64,000 nucleotides of DNA from IMG/VR virus record IMGVR_UViG_3300050821_006672, positions 32,001 through 96,000 of that record. One strand, written 5' to 3'. Within the stretch, counting starts at the first letter, position 1. Each line of letters begins with the position of its first letter. A program made the position numbers and the translations under genes. Origin of the DNA: a virus. Positions 18,900 to 28,004 of the stretch are shown here, piece after piece. The notes beneath the pieces are model-generated. The model was not told where the DNA came from, did not search any database, and was given only the letters and a program-made list of their open reading frames with translations.

Positions 18900-21800
18900 A
18901 TGTCACTCGACGCTGAAAATGTTTCAGGCCAAGGTGGCGGTTCCAATCTTGTGTATAGGAACCTGCGTTCTTCTGCCTTTGGGGATTTTCCATCCTATAA
19001 CACAACTGACAGGCCGGCGCGTAGTTCTGCCGATTGGTTGCATATGGATGGGTTACTATTGTGTTATCCTTACGACCTCACTGCGATGGGGACGTGGGGA
19101 ACTAACATATCGACAGCGAAGGGTTTTCGTTATGTATGGTTCATAGCCCCTGACCATGATTCTGAATATGCGTGGGGCCTTGACGCGGAAATGATTTATC
19201 GTGGGTTCAGTAATGACCCAACAATACTGCCTGATCCCTCGACGCTTGTTCCTATCGTTTCAGTGCTCGGTACCACGCAGACGGGCACGGCTGCTAGTTT
19301 TACGGCGTCTATTGCTGGCGATGGAGTAACATTGAATGTATCTGGAATCTCGTCGGGCATTATTGCTTTAGGCTATCAGATTGCTGGTACAGGTATTACC
19401 GGATCACCCCATATTGTGTCTATGGGAACTGGGATGGGAGGTACGGGTACTTACGTCTTATCGGTTAACCAGGGTGGAGCTATTGGTAGCGAGGGGATGA
19501 CGGCCACTGTGACAGGCAGTGGGCTATTTAATGGCCACTTTTTTCCGTGGTTTGTGTTCAATGCAGATACCAATCAGGGTCATCTCTATCTCCAATGCAT
19601 CGTCACGTCCGGCATCAATGATAACGCTTGGAACGAAGGCTGTTGGACGACAACAGATATTGATAACTACACTTTCCAAGGCATTGCGTTTACTAACAGT
19701 CTAAACCCCGGTTTCGGCTTTGCCTCGGGGATGACGGTGTATCGTCTCGGCGTCAATAATTGGATAGCTTTTGGGTCGGCGGACACGGGTTCTAACGACG
19801 GCAAAAAAGGCTACTGGACATCAACAGATGGCCTGCGCTTTACGTTCCAGGGGCAGATAACCGGCAAGGTTGGGTCTAGTGTTTATACTATCCAGGGGGC
19901 GCCTAAGTTCACGGTCGGGGGGCAGGATTATGTTCTGACGTGGGAGGACGCGAGGGGCAATGCATGGAGTAGTTCGACGACTTATGCTATTGGAGATCGC
20001 GCAAATATTATAACTTACAGCGGACCTCGCAACGAGCATTATTACGAGTTTCAGACTTACCAGTCGTTGACTAACGGTAATCTGAATAACAACCCATCTA
20101 CTAGTCCGGCGAATTGGGTCACTGTGACTGATGGTGGGCAGTTTCTCGCGCAAGTCGTAATCGATTCACATGGCAACGTTTTAGCCTCTCCTGCTCCGGT
20201 TAGACAGTCGGCTATGTATACGGGAACGTTTCCTGGCCCTACTTACGTCAGCTATGTTAGCGGCATCATGGAGAGTGGTTTTTGCGTTGCGCTCGTTCTT
20301 CATGGATTTTACCCAGCACTGAATCCAGCGACACTTCCTGCGCCCTATATTCAGGGCGGTGGGTTGAGTGAAGAATACCTAGACGTATATCCGGTTATTG
20401 TGGACGCAACAGCAGCACCTAACGCTGCTCCATTTGGAGTTAGGTGTTCATGCGCTGGTGGCAACATCCTGATCCGTTGGTTTGATATCAGCCCTGGACA
20501 CAATTACCGCGTCAAGCGTGCGACGAGTCTTGGGGGCACCTACGCGAACCTCGCTGACGTGACAGTTGGACAATACATTGATACGACTGGGACGCTTGGG
20601 ACGGTTTACTATTATAAGGTCGTGACGCTCAATGGTGGTGTTGAAAAAGATTCGCGTACTGTCAGCACTTATTGCGGTCAGTATGACAGCTTCACTTGCG
20701 CTCATGTGACGCGCGCTCTGGCGGCTGGTGCGGATGCGACAACGATATCTGAGTGGCGCATTGCCAAGGTGGTGCGGTGGCTCATTGAGCATGATAAGCT
20801 CAAGCACCTCCGTGTGGGGACGGCTGCTTGGATGGGCGTCGTTCAGGATGGCAGTCACAACATCAGCAGGATATTCGATCTCGGCACTACTCTCTTGCCC
20901 CGGATGGGCGACCTAACACCAACAACGGCTACGGGGACGACTTACAGTGCGACAGCGATCAATTCAGTAACACCGGGATGGATTAACGCCAACAATAACT
21001 CATTTGGAATGTACGGTAATTTTGGCAAAGGGACAGGATCGCAGGGGCGTTTGAATAATATCCGTAAGTGGGATGCCTGCACGTTCTTTGCCAGCTACCA
21101 AAAGTCAAATGCTAATCAGACAACATTCGTGTCCACTGGGGAATTTAACAGCGGCTTGACGCTTCGAGTCGCAGCAGGTTCACCCGGCACGCCGCAATTC
21201 CTGATGGCAGACAAGGTGACGAGCCACACTGCAACGGGGCCGGCGTTGTCTGGCGCAACACCCCACATCATTGCCGGCACTTACGACGGGAATGGTACGG
21301 CCAAGTGCTATACAGAAGGTGTGGCCGGCACTCCTGTTACTGGGATTGCAGACAATTCGGTATTGCTTGGGCAGACAGGTGTGGCGGTTCTTAATTTTTT
21401 CTTAGGGACTGGGACTACGAGCCTAAAGTTTGGTGCCAATTCCTCTCCCCCAGGGCCAGGGGGAACCTATGTATTTGAGAACAACGAAGCTCAGTATAAC
21501 GGGCATGCGAATTTTGGATTCGACGTACTGTTTACCGATCCCGAGATTGCTTCGTTCACCCAACTACTTCGCGACGATACGACGGCCACTATAGTTGACG
21601 ATATTAAGGCCACCTACGGCGCGAAGGGTGATGGCCAGAAACTGCTGTCTACCTGGACTACTAGCGGGATGACGCTGACGTGCAATGGCACCAGCCCATT
21701 TGTTTCCGGCGACACTGGCAAGTATTTTGCGTTGAGTGGTGCTGGCACTGCTGGCGGCATATTAAGTGGAACGCTGACTTTTGTTAGTTCCACTCAGGTA

Positions 21801-23702
21801 ACAATGAGCGTCAGCGCTATCACGCCTTTGACTTCTTCGTCGCAGACATTAGAATGGGGAACGAACGATAGCGCCACTTTTGCTGCTTTTAATACTGCGA
21901 GGGCGGGCAGCACATCTCCGGTTGAATTGGATATTCCTGCTGGGCGGTATTGCTTCATGGGGGCTGGGTTGGGGATTGGTTTTACTTGGAACGTAAAAAA
22001 TCTTCGCGTTGTTGGTAGCGGAACTGCGGTGTTCACGGATATGTCCGGAACAGGGAGAGGATGGTTCTTGGGCGGTTGCGCGGGAGGTCAATCGAATAAT
22101 AACACGAGTCAGGCTCGTACCAGTACCGCGAACGCCGGTAGTTCGATGATCACCCTGAAGAACTCCTCCGATGCCTCGCGGTTCTCTCCGCCATGTTGGG
22201 CATTGATGACCGGATTAGATATACAAGGATTCGGATATCCGAGTAACCAGCAATTTTATGAGTGGGTATACGTTACGTCGATTGTTGGCGCGGCTGTTAA
22301 TCTGCAGTCGCCGCTCGTCAACACTTACAAAGATACGTGGCCGGTATTCAACGCCGGCAATGCTAGTAATGTAGACTGTGGGGGTCCTGCTACGCTCTAC
22401 GCGATCGAGGCGGGGTGGGATTGTGACCATGAATACGTCAACATCCAGCAAGAATCGACTGGGCAAATAAATAGCATCGGCCGTAACGTCACTTATACTG
22501 GAGGTGGTTCCATCGCCGGCAACAGTGCGGGATGTTGTGTCTACCCTTCGAGAAATAAGGTGTGGACGTGCAATGGCGTGGACACGACGGCTGGTAGTTC
22601 TGAGATCGATAAGTTGATTGCCAACGTGGTCGTGAATGGTGGTCATTGGAGTAGACCAAAAACCCAGAGTCCATCCCCAGATAGTATGACGTTTGAGAAC
22701 GTTGTCATGAACAGCAATATGCTGGGGTCACCGAAGAATACGAGTCTCAAGGGCTGCTACCTCAACGGCGGCGCGTCATTTGGGCCAACTGCTTTTGGCT
22801 ACGGAACGTCTGTTTATTCCGAGGCGTGTTCTTTTGCTAATGTGGGTGCCAGTAGCGGTTTTATCGGCGGAGTAGCTGAGAGCGACGTGTTGGGGGCTGG
22901 GGCGTACCAATTCATTGGCGGCGGGATCATCAAGAGACTTAAGTCTGGTGGATCAGGATCGCCCCCTCAATGGGGAACTTCTAATGGAATTTGTTTCATC
23001 GGCACTAATTCTCTGACCACAGAATATATATTTCAAGTCACAGATATTTACGAGGATGGGACTTATATTTACATTCGAACTACACTGGACGGATTTCCGA
23101 CTATTCCTGGCCCCACGTGGAACATTCACACTCACCCGTGCCCGCAGCTTACTATGGTTGCGTGCGTAGGCTGCGTTGATGCAATCGATATGTCGGGGGC
23201 ACCGACTGCTAGAGCACCGATATACTCATACACCAAGCGGACGTTCTCAAACTGGGCTGCTCAGCAGCAGAGCACATCTTGGATTTGGGGAAGGTTGGTA
23301 TCGTATACGCTTGGCGGATATCCAGGAGATACACCTTATACGGGTGTGTTAGGTACGCTAAAGCTGGAGCCTGCAGCACAGTTGGGAGCGGCCTGCGTTT
23401 CTCCTACGGGAGGAGCCTCTATATTCTATGATCCAGTGTTAAACATGATAGTTGGAGGGCAGCGTATTCTACTACCTGGGTCTGTTTCTGCACAATCAGG
23501 CGATGTCCTTGGCGCAGCTCCAGGAGCATTATGGTTTACCAAGAGCGTGTCTCCATTTCTAGACAGTAGCATTTCGGGAGAATCCTCTTCTGTTTGGCCA
23601 ACGATTACTATTGAGCTAGTAACTGATCAGACTGTTATTCAAGTTCCTTACCAAACTAATCTACCTAGCAGCCAGCGTGGTTTTTTCCGTCATGTCGTCT
23701 AA
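18900..23702 (+). CDS. 1600-aa multidomain fibre/spike or receptor-binding protein, possibly glycan-binding or a depolymerase
   Basis: Asp-box-like WTSTDGLRF, CBM5/12-like AWSSSTTYAIGD...PANW, FN3-like YRVKRA...YIDTT...YYYKVV, LamG-like HIIAGTYDG...CYTEG, and beta-helix start YGAKGDG...NDSATF...IPAGRY. Confidence 0.7.
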   Translation: MSLDAENVSGQGGGSNLVYRNLRSSAFGDFPSYNTTDRPARSSADWLHMDGLLLCYPYDLTAMGTWGTNISTAKGFRYVWFIAPDHDSEYAWGLDAEMIYRGFSNDPTILPDPSTLVPIVSVLGTTQTGTAASFTASIAGDGVTLNVSGISSGIIALGYQIAGTGITGSPHIVSMGTGMGGTGTYVLSVNQGGAIGSEGMTATVTGSGLFNGHFFPWFVFNADTNQGHLYLQCIVTSGINDNAWNEGCWTTTDIDNYTFQGIAFTNSLNPGFGFASGMTVYRLGVNNWIAFGSADTGSNDGKKGYWTSTDGLRFTFQGQITGKVGSSVYTIQGAPKFTVGGQDYVLTWEDARGNAWSSSTTYAIGDRANIITYSGPRNEHYYEFQTYQSLTNGNLNNNPSTSPANWVTVTDGGQFLAQVVIDSHGNVLASPAPVRQSAMYTGTFPGPTYVSYVSGIMESGFCVALVLHGFYPALNPATLPAPYIQGGGLSEEYLDVYPVIVDATAAPNAAPFGVRCSCAGGNILIRWFDISPGHNYRVKRATSLGGTYANLADVTVGQYIDTTGTLGTVYYYKVVTLNGGVEKDSRTVSTYCGQYDSFTCAHVTRALAAGADATTISEWRIAKVVRWLIEHDKLKHLRVGTAAWMGVVQDGSHNISRIFDLGTTLLPRMGDLTPTTATGTTYSATAINSVTPGWINANNNSFGMYGNFGKGTGSQGRLNNIRKWDACTFFASYQKSNANQTTFVSTGEFNSGLTLRVAAGSPGTPQFLMADKVTSHTATGPALSGATPHIIAGTYDGNGTAKCYTEGVAGTPVTGIADNSVLLGQTGVAVLNFFLGTGTTSLKFGANSSPPGPGGTYVFENNEAQYNGHANFGFDVLFTDPEIASFTQLLRDDTTATIVDDIKATYGAKGDGQKLLSTWTTSGMTLTCNGTSPFVSGDTGKYFALSGAGTAGGILSGTLTFVSSTQVTMSVSAITPLTSSSQTLEWGTNDSATFAAFNTARAGSTSPVELDIPAGRYCFMGAGLGIGFTWNVKNLRVVGSGTAVFTDMSGTGRGWFLGGCAGGQSNNNTSQARTSTANAGSSMITLKNSSDASRFSPPCWALMTGLDIQGFGYPSNQQFYEWVYVTSIVGAAVNLQSPLVNTYKDTWPVFNAGNASNVDCGGPATLYAIEAGWDCDHEYVNIQQESTGQINSIGRNVTYTGGGSIAGNSAGCCVYPSRNKVWTCNGVDTTAGSSEIDKLIANVVVNGGHWSRPKTQSPSPDSMTFENVVMNSNMLGSPKNTSLKGCYLNGGASFGPTAFGYGTSVYSEACSFANVGASSGFIGGVAESDVLGAGAYQFIGGGIIKRLKSGGSGSPPQWGTSNGICFIGTNSLTTEYIFQVTDIYEDGTYIYIRTTLDGFPTIPGPTWNIHTHPCPQLTMVACVGCVDAIDMSGAPTARAPIYSYTKRTFSNWAAQQQSTSWIWGRLVSYTLGGYPGDTPYTGVLGTLKLEPAAQLGAACVSPTGGASIFYDPVLNMIVGGQRILLPGSVSAQSGDVLGAAPGALWFTKSVSPFLDSSISGESSSVWPTITIELVTDQTVIQVPYQTNLPSSQRGFFRHVV

Positions 23703-23988
23703 ATCAATCTTTAACGGCTCCGGCTACTTCCTCAGCGACAACCGCGCTTCGGGTGGAAAGCTCGAAGAAGATGATCTCTTAGGGTGTGGGCACTGCCCCC
23801 GTCCTGTCAAGAAGCGTAAATGGTCTCTTAAAGGGGGAATGTGTTTCGTTTGTGCTAACGCGCTGTGTTTCGAATGCTATTCAAAAGTTCACATAACCGG
23901 TTGTACGGGGCCGGATGTAGACAAACTCCTGCGGGCGGTTAACGAAGAATACCGCAAGCAGCAGAATGCCAAAGTGCTTGGCATTTGA
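23692..23988 (+). CDS. Cys-rich putative Zn-finger protein
   Basis: CGHC, CFVC and CFEC pairs. Confidence 0.55.
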   Translation: MSSKSIFNGSGYFLSDNRASGGKLEEDDLLGCGHCPRPVKKRKWSLKGGMCFVCANALCFECYSKVHITGCTGPDVDKLLRAVNEEYRKQQNAKVLGI

Positions 23989-24033
23989 AAGAGGCCTGGA
24001 GTGGTGACTAGGCATGACTAAAGGAGCAAGACA

Positions 24034-24507
24034 ATGCCTACGATGACTTCAGGTAACGGTGCTTTCACGCCGAGCACCAGCACCGACAATTGGACTTGGG
24101 ATACCCAAACCGCCAACGTATTTGGCAAAGTGGTCGCGATTGGTTGGGGTGGTCGCCTTACGACCTCGACCGCATATCGTACTCGATGGACCCGACCGAC
24201 CACCGCCGCTGCCGGTACCTTCACGGCCTTGACCTCTGCGTTCCATCAGCCGAACTACACTTCATTCGGTTCTCGCGTTGGTACTTTCAGCAACGCTGCG
24301 ACGCTCGCGTCCGATCCTAGTGGCAATCTTTGGGCGCAAGATTGGAACGCGCAAGGCGGTGTCGGCATGATCGTCATGCCCCTTGCAAACCCCTGGTGGT
24401 GCGTTGGTGCGGCGGGTGCTGGCGCTTTGCAAGGCCAGATTTCATGCCGCAACATCGCTGGTACTGACGCTTCCGGCAGTAGCTATGAAGTCACGATCGA
24501 GGAGTAA
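24034..24507 (+). CDS. putative virion protein
   Basis: Strong AAGGAG RBS; T/G/A-rich. Confidence 0.6.
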   Translation: MPTMTSGNGAFTPSTSTDNWTWDTQTANVFGKVVAIGWGGRLTTSTAYRTRWTRPTTAAAGTFTALTSAFHQPNYTSFGSRVGTFSNAATLASDPSGNLWAQDWNAQGGVGMIVMPLANPWWCVGAAGAGALQGQISCRNIAGTDASGSSYEVTIEE

Positions 24508-24512
24508 TTGCT

Positions 24513-24800
24513 ATGGCAGTCAACATCAAGTTTAGAGGCGTCAATCGCGCCGATGCCTTCGACGAACTGGCACACGCGGATAACGTTCCTTCGGGTCTGC
24601 GCCAACTTGTTCACACTGCAATCGACCAGCTTCCCGAGTCTGAACTGGAAGTCGAGATTGCCTACGATAGAGACGATAGCGGCGTGACGGCGAGTGTTGC
24701 TGTAAAAGTGCTGGGCCTTGCGCGACCGATGCCAGTGACTTTTACGCGTGATCAAGTGGTCGAACAGCGTAATCGAACCGGCACGATTATGAAGGGCTGA
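24513..24800 (+). CDS. hypothetical protein
   Basis: GAGGAG RBS, in operon. Confidence 0.55.
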   Translation: MAVNIKFRGVNRADAFDELAHADNVPSGLRQLVHTAIDQLPESELEVEIAYDRDDSGVTASVAVKVLGLARPMPVTFTRDQVVEQRNRTGTIMKG

Positions 24801-24802
24801 CC

Positions 24803-25105
24803 GTGCCGGGGTTTAGCTTACAAGTGGGGTCAGGCGCACGTCGCCTGACCATCCATTGTCGTTATTGCGGGGCGACGTTACCTTGTCCTCCTGAAGAAGC
24901 TGATTTGTGGGTTTGGATGAAAAAGGACGATGTAAAGGAATTCTATCGTTCTCACAGAGAGCATGCTGGCGTCTTTGCGGACAAGCTCGTCGGTGCTGAG
25001 ATTGAGTTCGATGAGGATTTGGTTCCCAAGAAAAAAGAGGACTTACCACCTCTCATGAACTTACTGAGTCCTGAAGGCATGCAAGCTATCGCGGCGAATA
25101 AGTAA
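24803..25105 (+). CDS. hypothetical protein with CxxC
   Basis: HCRYCG; coupled to the next ORF. Confidence 0.5.
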   Translation: MPGFSLQVGSGARRLTIHCRYCGATLPCPPEEADLWVWMKKDDVKEFYRSHREHAGVFADKLVGAEIEFDEDLVPKKKEDLPPLMNLLSPEGMQAIAANK

Positions 25106-27186
25106 TGTTTGTTTTATCATCAACTCGCCAGATACCGCAAGATCATCCTCTGCCGCGGATGTTTGCTGGGGTGCAGGGGCCTAATGTCGCTCCGCCCCCA
25201 CAGATTGGCTCGATTGTCCTTAAACAGGAATATCCAGAGCGTCTGAGCTCAACATTTGCGAGTGGTGTAGCTCCGGTGCCGGCAGTTGTGTTGATGAACG
25301 GCATATTTGTTGATGCCGAACAGCCTACTTTGTATACTTCAATACTCAATACTTTAGTAGTAAGCTCTGTAGTACTATCACCAGTAGGAAAGTTGTTTAC
25401 ATCTCAGGAGCAACCTTTCCATCCGCTTCCACGCTTTAATCCAGCCGTTATCCCCGGCAATGTCGCAGCAATACCTCAGATAGGTCGGTTGGTAACAGTA
25501 CAAGAACTGCCTGCTCAGCCTCCATCTATATTGGCGGTCGGTCCTCCCGCCCTACCTTCCTCTGTGTCCCCGGTTGGGGGAATACTTGTACGAGAGGCAG
25601 AAGTCGCTCCTCGACCCGTTCTGAGATTTGTGTTCGGCGTATTTCTGACGACGCCAACTCCACTAGTTACATCTCCTTTACTAGTAAAACAAGAACAGCC
25701 GATTCAGCCCACATCGTCGTTAGCGGCTAGTGGTTCGTTCGTTGCTCCGGCAATAATTCCGCCGGTATCTACTCTAGTATTGACATTGCAAGAGCGACCC
25801 ATTCAATCCCCGTCGTTCGTTGCTCCAGGAAGATTCTTGGGCGCGGCTGCTATTACGTTGCCTAGTGTACTGCCAATTCTGGTTAAGCAAGAATTTCAAG
25901 ATCATCCAATTCCTAAGATATTTAGCGGTCTGCCCCCAGTACCAGCCTCAGTCCTGATGAATGGCGTATTCGTTGATGCCGAGCAGCCTACTTTGTATAC
26001 TCCAATAACTAATGCTGGAGTTCAAACGCCGGTTATTGCGACTTCTCTCAGTCCCGGTTTCGTTTTTGGTAAAGCAGAGGTTCCAACCTACTCGCAACTT
26101 GCGTTGGTGTTTGGTGTTCAGGGCCCAGATGTAGCACTTATTCCCTCTCCGCTGATTTCTGTCCAGGAACAACCACCCCGCTCTTATTCGAACTTGGTAT
26201 CTAGCACTATATTCTTACCTCCGATTACCCTACCACCGTTCCGCGCCCCTATTCTAACTGCGCAAGAGGGACCTTTCCATCCCGCACCTCAGATGCGAGC
26301 TAGCATTCAGGGGCCTAATGTCGCCGCTCCCCCGCAGATCGGTGAAATACTGATAACTCAGGAGCAACCTTGGCATCCGTTGCCTTCGTTGCGAGCTATT
26401 CTGCCGCCCCCCATAGTCCCTGTAATAGGAACGCCAGAGACTAGGGTTATAGTAGTAAAACAAGAATTGCCGTCCCACCCTTACCCGCAAATGAAAGCGA
26501 GTATTCAAGGGCCGAATGTGGCCCAGCTGCCCTTGGTCGGCAGGATACAGATTACACAGGAATTGCCGTTCCATCCCGGTTCAATATTTACGTCTGCGGT
26601 AATTCCTGGCAACGTCGCCGCGCTTCCGCAGGTAGGGCGCTTGGTTACGGTGCAAGAGCTTCCTGACCATCCGAAACCGTCTCTGCGAGCGCCCGCGCCG
26701 CCTTCGGTCGCTCTATTGCCTCAAGTAGGGGCAATAGTCACAACGCAGGAAATACCGTTCCATCCGTCCTCCAAGATAAGTCCTGCTCTTATCCCGGGTA
26801 ATGTTGCTGCGCTGCCCCAGGTAGGTCGGTTGGTAACAGTGCAGGAGTTACCATTCCACCCCAACTCGCAGTTCAACCCAAGCGTATTCCCGCCGCCGCC
26901 TCCGGTATCGCCCGTCGGACGTACGATCGGTTCACAAGAGCAGCCATACCATCCGGGTCCGAGGTCTTGGTCTTATCCGCCGACTTCAGTTCCCTTTACT
27001 GGAACCGGCGGTCAGTTGATGCCAGTGCAAGAATACCCGTACCATCCACCTTCAATGTTGTTCTTTACGGGATACGATCCCGAGTTCGCATCTCCCGGTC
27101 CTAACTTTGCGCGGCTGCTATTCAACACTAAGATTCGCGTTCGTACCCTCGTCAATAAGACCCCGCGCACGATTAGGTACAACTGA
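25105..27186 (+). CDS. Pro/Val/Gln-rich repetitive protein (fibre shaft or adaptor?)
   Basis: Many ~31-aa degenerate repeats with core V-x-Q-E-x-P-x-H-P and linkers QGPNVA / IPGNVAALPQVGRL. VLMNGxFVDAEQPTLY occurs twice. Confidence 0.7.
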   Translation: MFVLSSTRQIPQDHPLPRMFAGVQGPNVAPPPQIGSIVLKQEYPERLSSTFASGVAPVPAVVLMNGIFVDAEQPTLYTSILNTLVVSSVVLSPVGKLFTSQEQPFHPLPRFNPAVIPGNVAAIPQIGRLVTVQELPAQPPSILAVGPPALPSSVSPVGGILVREAEVAPRPVLRFVFGVFLTTPTPLVTSPLLVKQEQPIQPTSSLAASGSFVAPAIIPPVSTLVLTLQERPIQSPSFVAPGRFLGAAAITLPSVLPILVKQEFQDHPIPKIFSGLPPVPASVLMNGVFVDAEQPTLYTPITNAGVQTPVIATSLSPGFVFGKAEVPTYSQLALVFGVQGPDVALIPSPLISVQEQPPRSYSNLVSSTIFLPPITLPPFRAPILTAQEGPFHPAPQMRASIQGPNVAAPPQIGEILITQEQPWHPLPSLRAILPPPIVPVIGTPETRVIVVKQELPSHPYPQMKASIQGPNVAQLPLVGRIQITQELPFHPGSIFTSAVIPGNVAALPQVGRLVTVQELPDHPKPSLRAPAPPSVALLPQVGAIVTTQEIPFHPSSKISPALIPGNVAALPQVGRLVTVQELPFHPNSQFNPSVFPPPPPVSPVGRTIGSQEQPYHPGPRSWSYPPTSVPFTGTGGQLMPVQEYPYHPPSMLFFTGYDPEFASPGPNFARLLFNTKIRVRTLVNKTPRTIRYN

Positions 27187-27497
27187 TGTACTGCGGTCAG
27201 GATTGGGACCCGATCGACGCCAACGAGACGGATGTGTTCTCGATGGATTTTCGTAACGACGTTAATCCCGGTGAGGGCATAGTCTCGGCGAGCTGGTCCA
27301 TTGGTGTCAGCTACGGTAACGATCCCGTGCCTGCTATGCGCCTAGTAGGTAATCCCGGTGTATTAGGTACGATCACGTCCCAAACGCTGACTACGGCACA
27401 GTCTGGCGTCATTTACTGGTTGGCTGCACTTATAGTTACGACTACGGGCCGCAAGCTTGAGTTGTGGGGGCATGTTCCCTGCGTTATTCCGATGTGA
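27186..27497 (+). CDS. fibre-adaptor-like virion protein
   Basis: DPIDANETDVFSMDF...IVSASW...IVTTTGRKL pattern, seen in small phage fibre adaptor proteins. Confidence 0.55.
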   Translation: MYCGQDWDPIDANETDVFSMDFRNDVNPGEGIVSASWSIGVSYGNDPVPAMRLVGNPGVLGTITSQTLTTAQSGVIYWLAALIVTTTGRKLELWGHVPCVIPM

Positions 27498-27507
27498 GGT
27501 GAGACAT

Positions 27508-27807
27508 ATGGAAGCCCTAATGCCAAAGATGCGGCCCAATCAGAAATTGATCGAGGCGCTTAAGACGATGCTTGCGAAAGCGCAGTTGGGTGAGATTACT
27601 GACGGCGTTTTGCTTGGAAAAGGCTATGCCGATCCTGGCGGCCAGGAACCTTGGTTTCATCATTTTTCTATTGAGCGCGACGAGGACGTTGTGACGTTCG
27701 TTGGTGAATTGGATATATTCAAGGATGTGATGAAAGCGAATGTTCACAATACTCGCAATCGCGCTGCTGGCGTCGGCCGTATCAAGTCGATTGGTGGTTT
27801 GTCATGA
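27508..27807 (+). CDS. hypothetical protein
   Basis: GAGGTG RBS before the ATG at 27508. Confidence 0.5.
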   Translation: MEALMPKMRPNQKLIEALKTMLAKAQLGEITDGVLLGKGYADPGGQEPWFHHFSIERDEDVVTFVGELDIFKDVMKANVHNTRNRAAGVGRIKSIGGLS

Positions 27808-28004
27808 ACGAACCCGAGGAATATCTGCTTCAGTTCTTTGCTTACAGCCATCTTAAGCCTGAACTACAAGAGTTCAGCAAGCCATTTGGGGAACTTGCAA
27901 GCTCGCTTGTTGTAATGCTCCCCCGCAATCCCGAGCGAACGACAGCGCTTCGCAAGCTGCTAGAGGCCAAGGACTGCGCAGTTCGGGCTAAATTGTATAA
28001 GTAA
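27804..28004 (+). CDS. small phage helical-hairpin protein, possibly Acb2/Tad1-hairpin-like
   Basis: LQFFAYSHL...SKPFGELA...LPRNPERTTALRKLLEAKDCAVRA. Confidence 0.6.
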   Translation: MNEPEEYLLQFFAYSHLKPELQEFSKPFGELASSLVVMLPRNPERTTALRKLLEAKDCAVRAKLYK

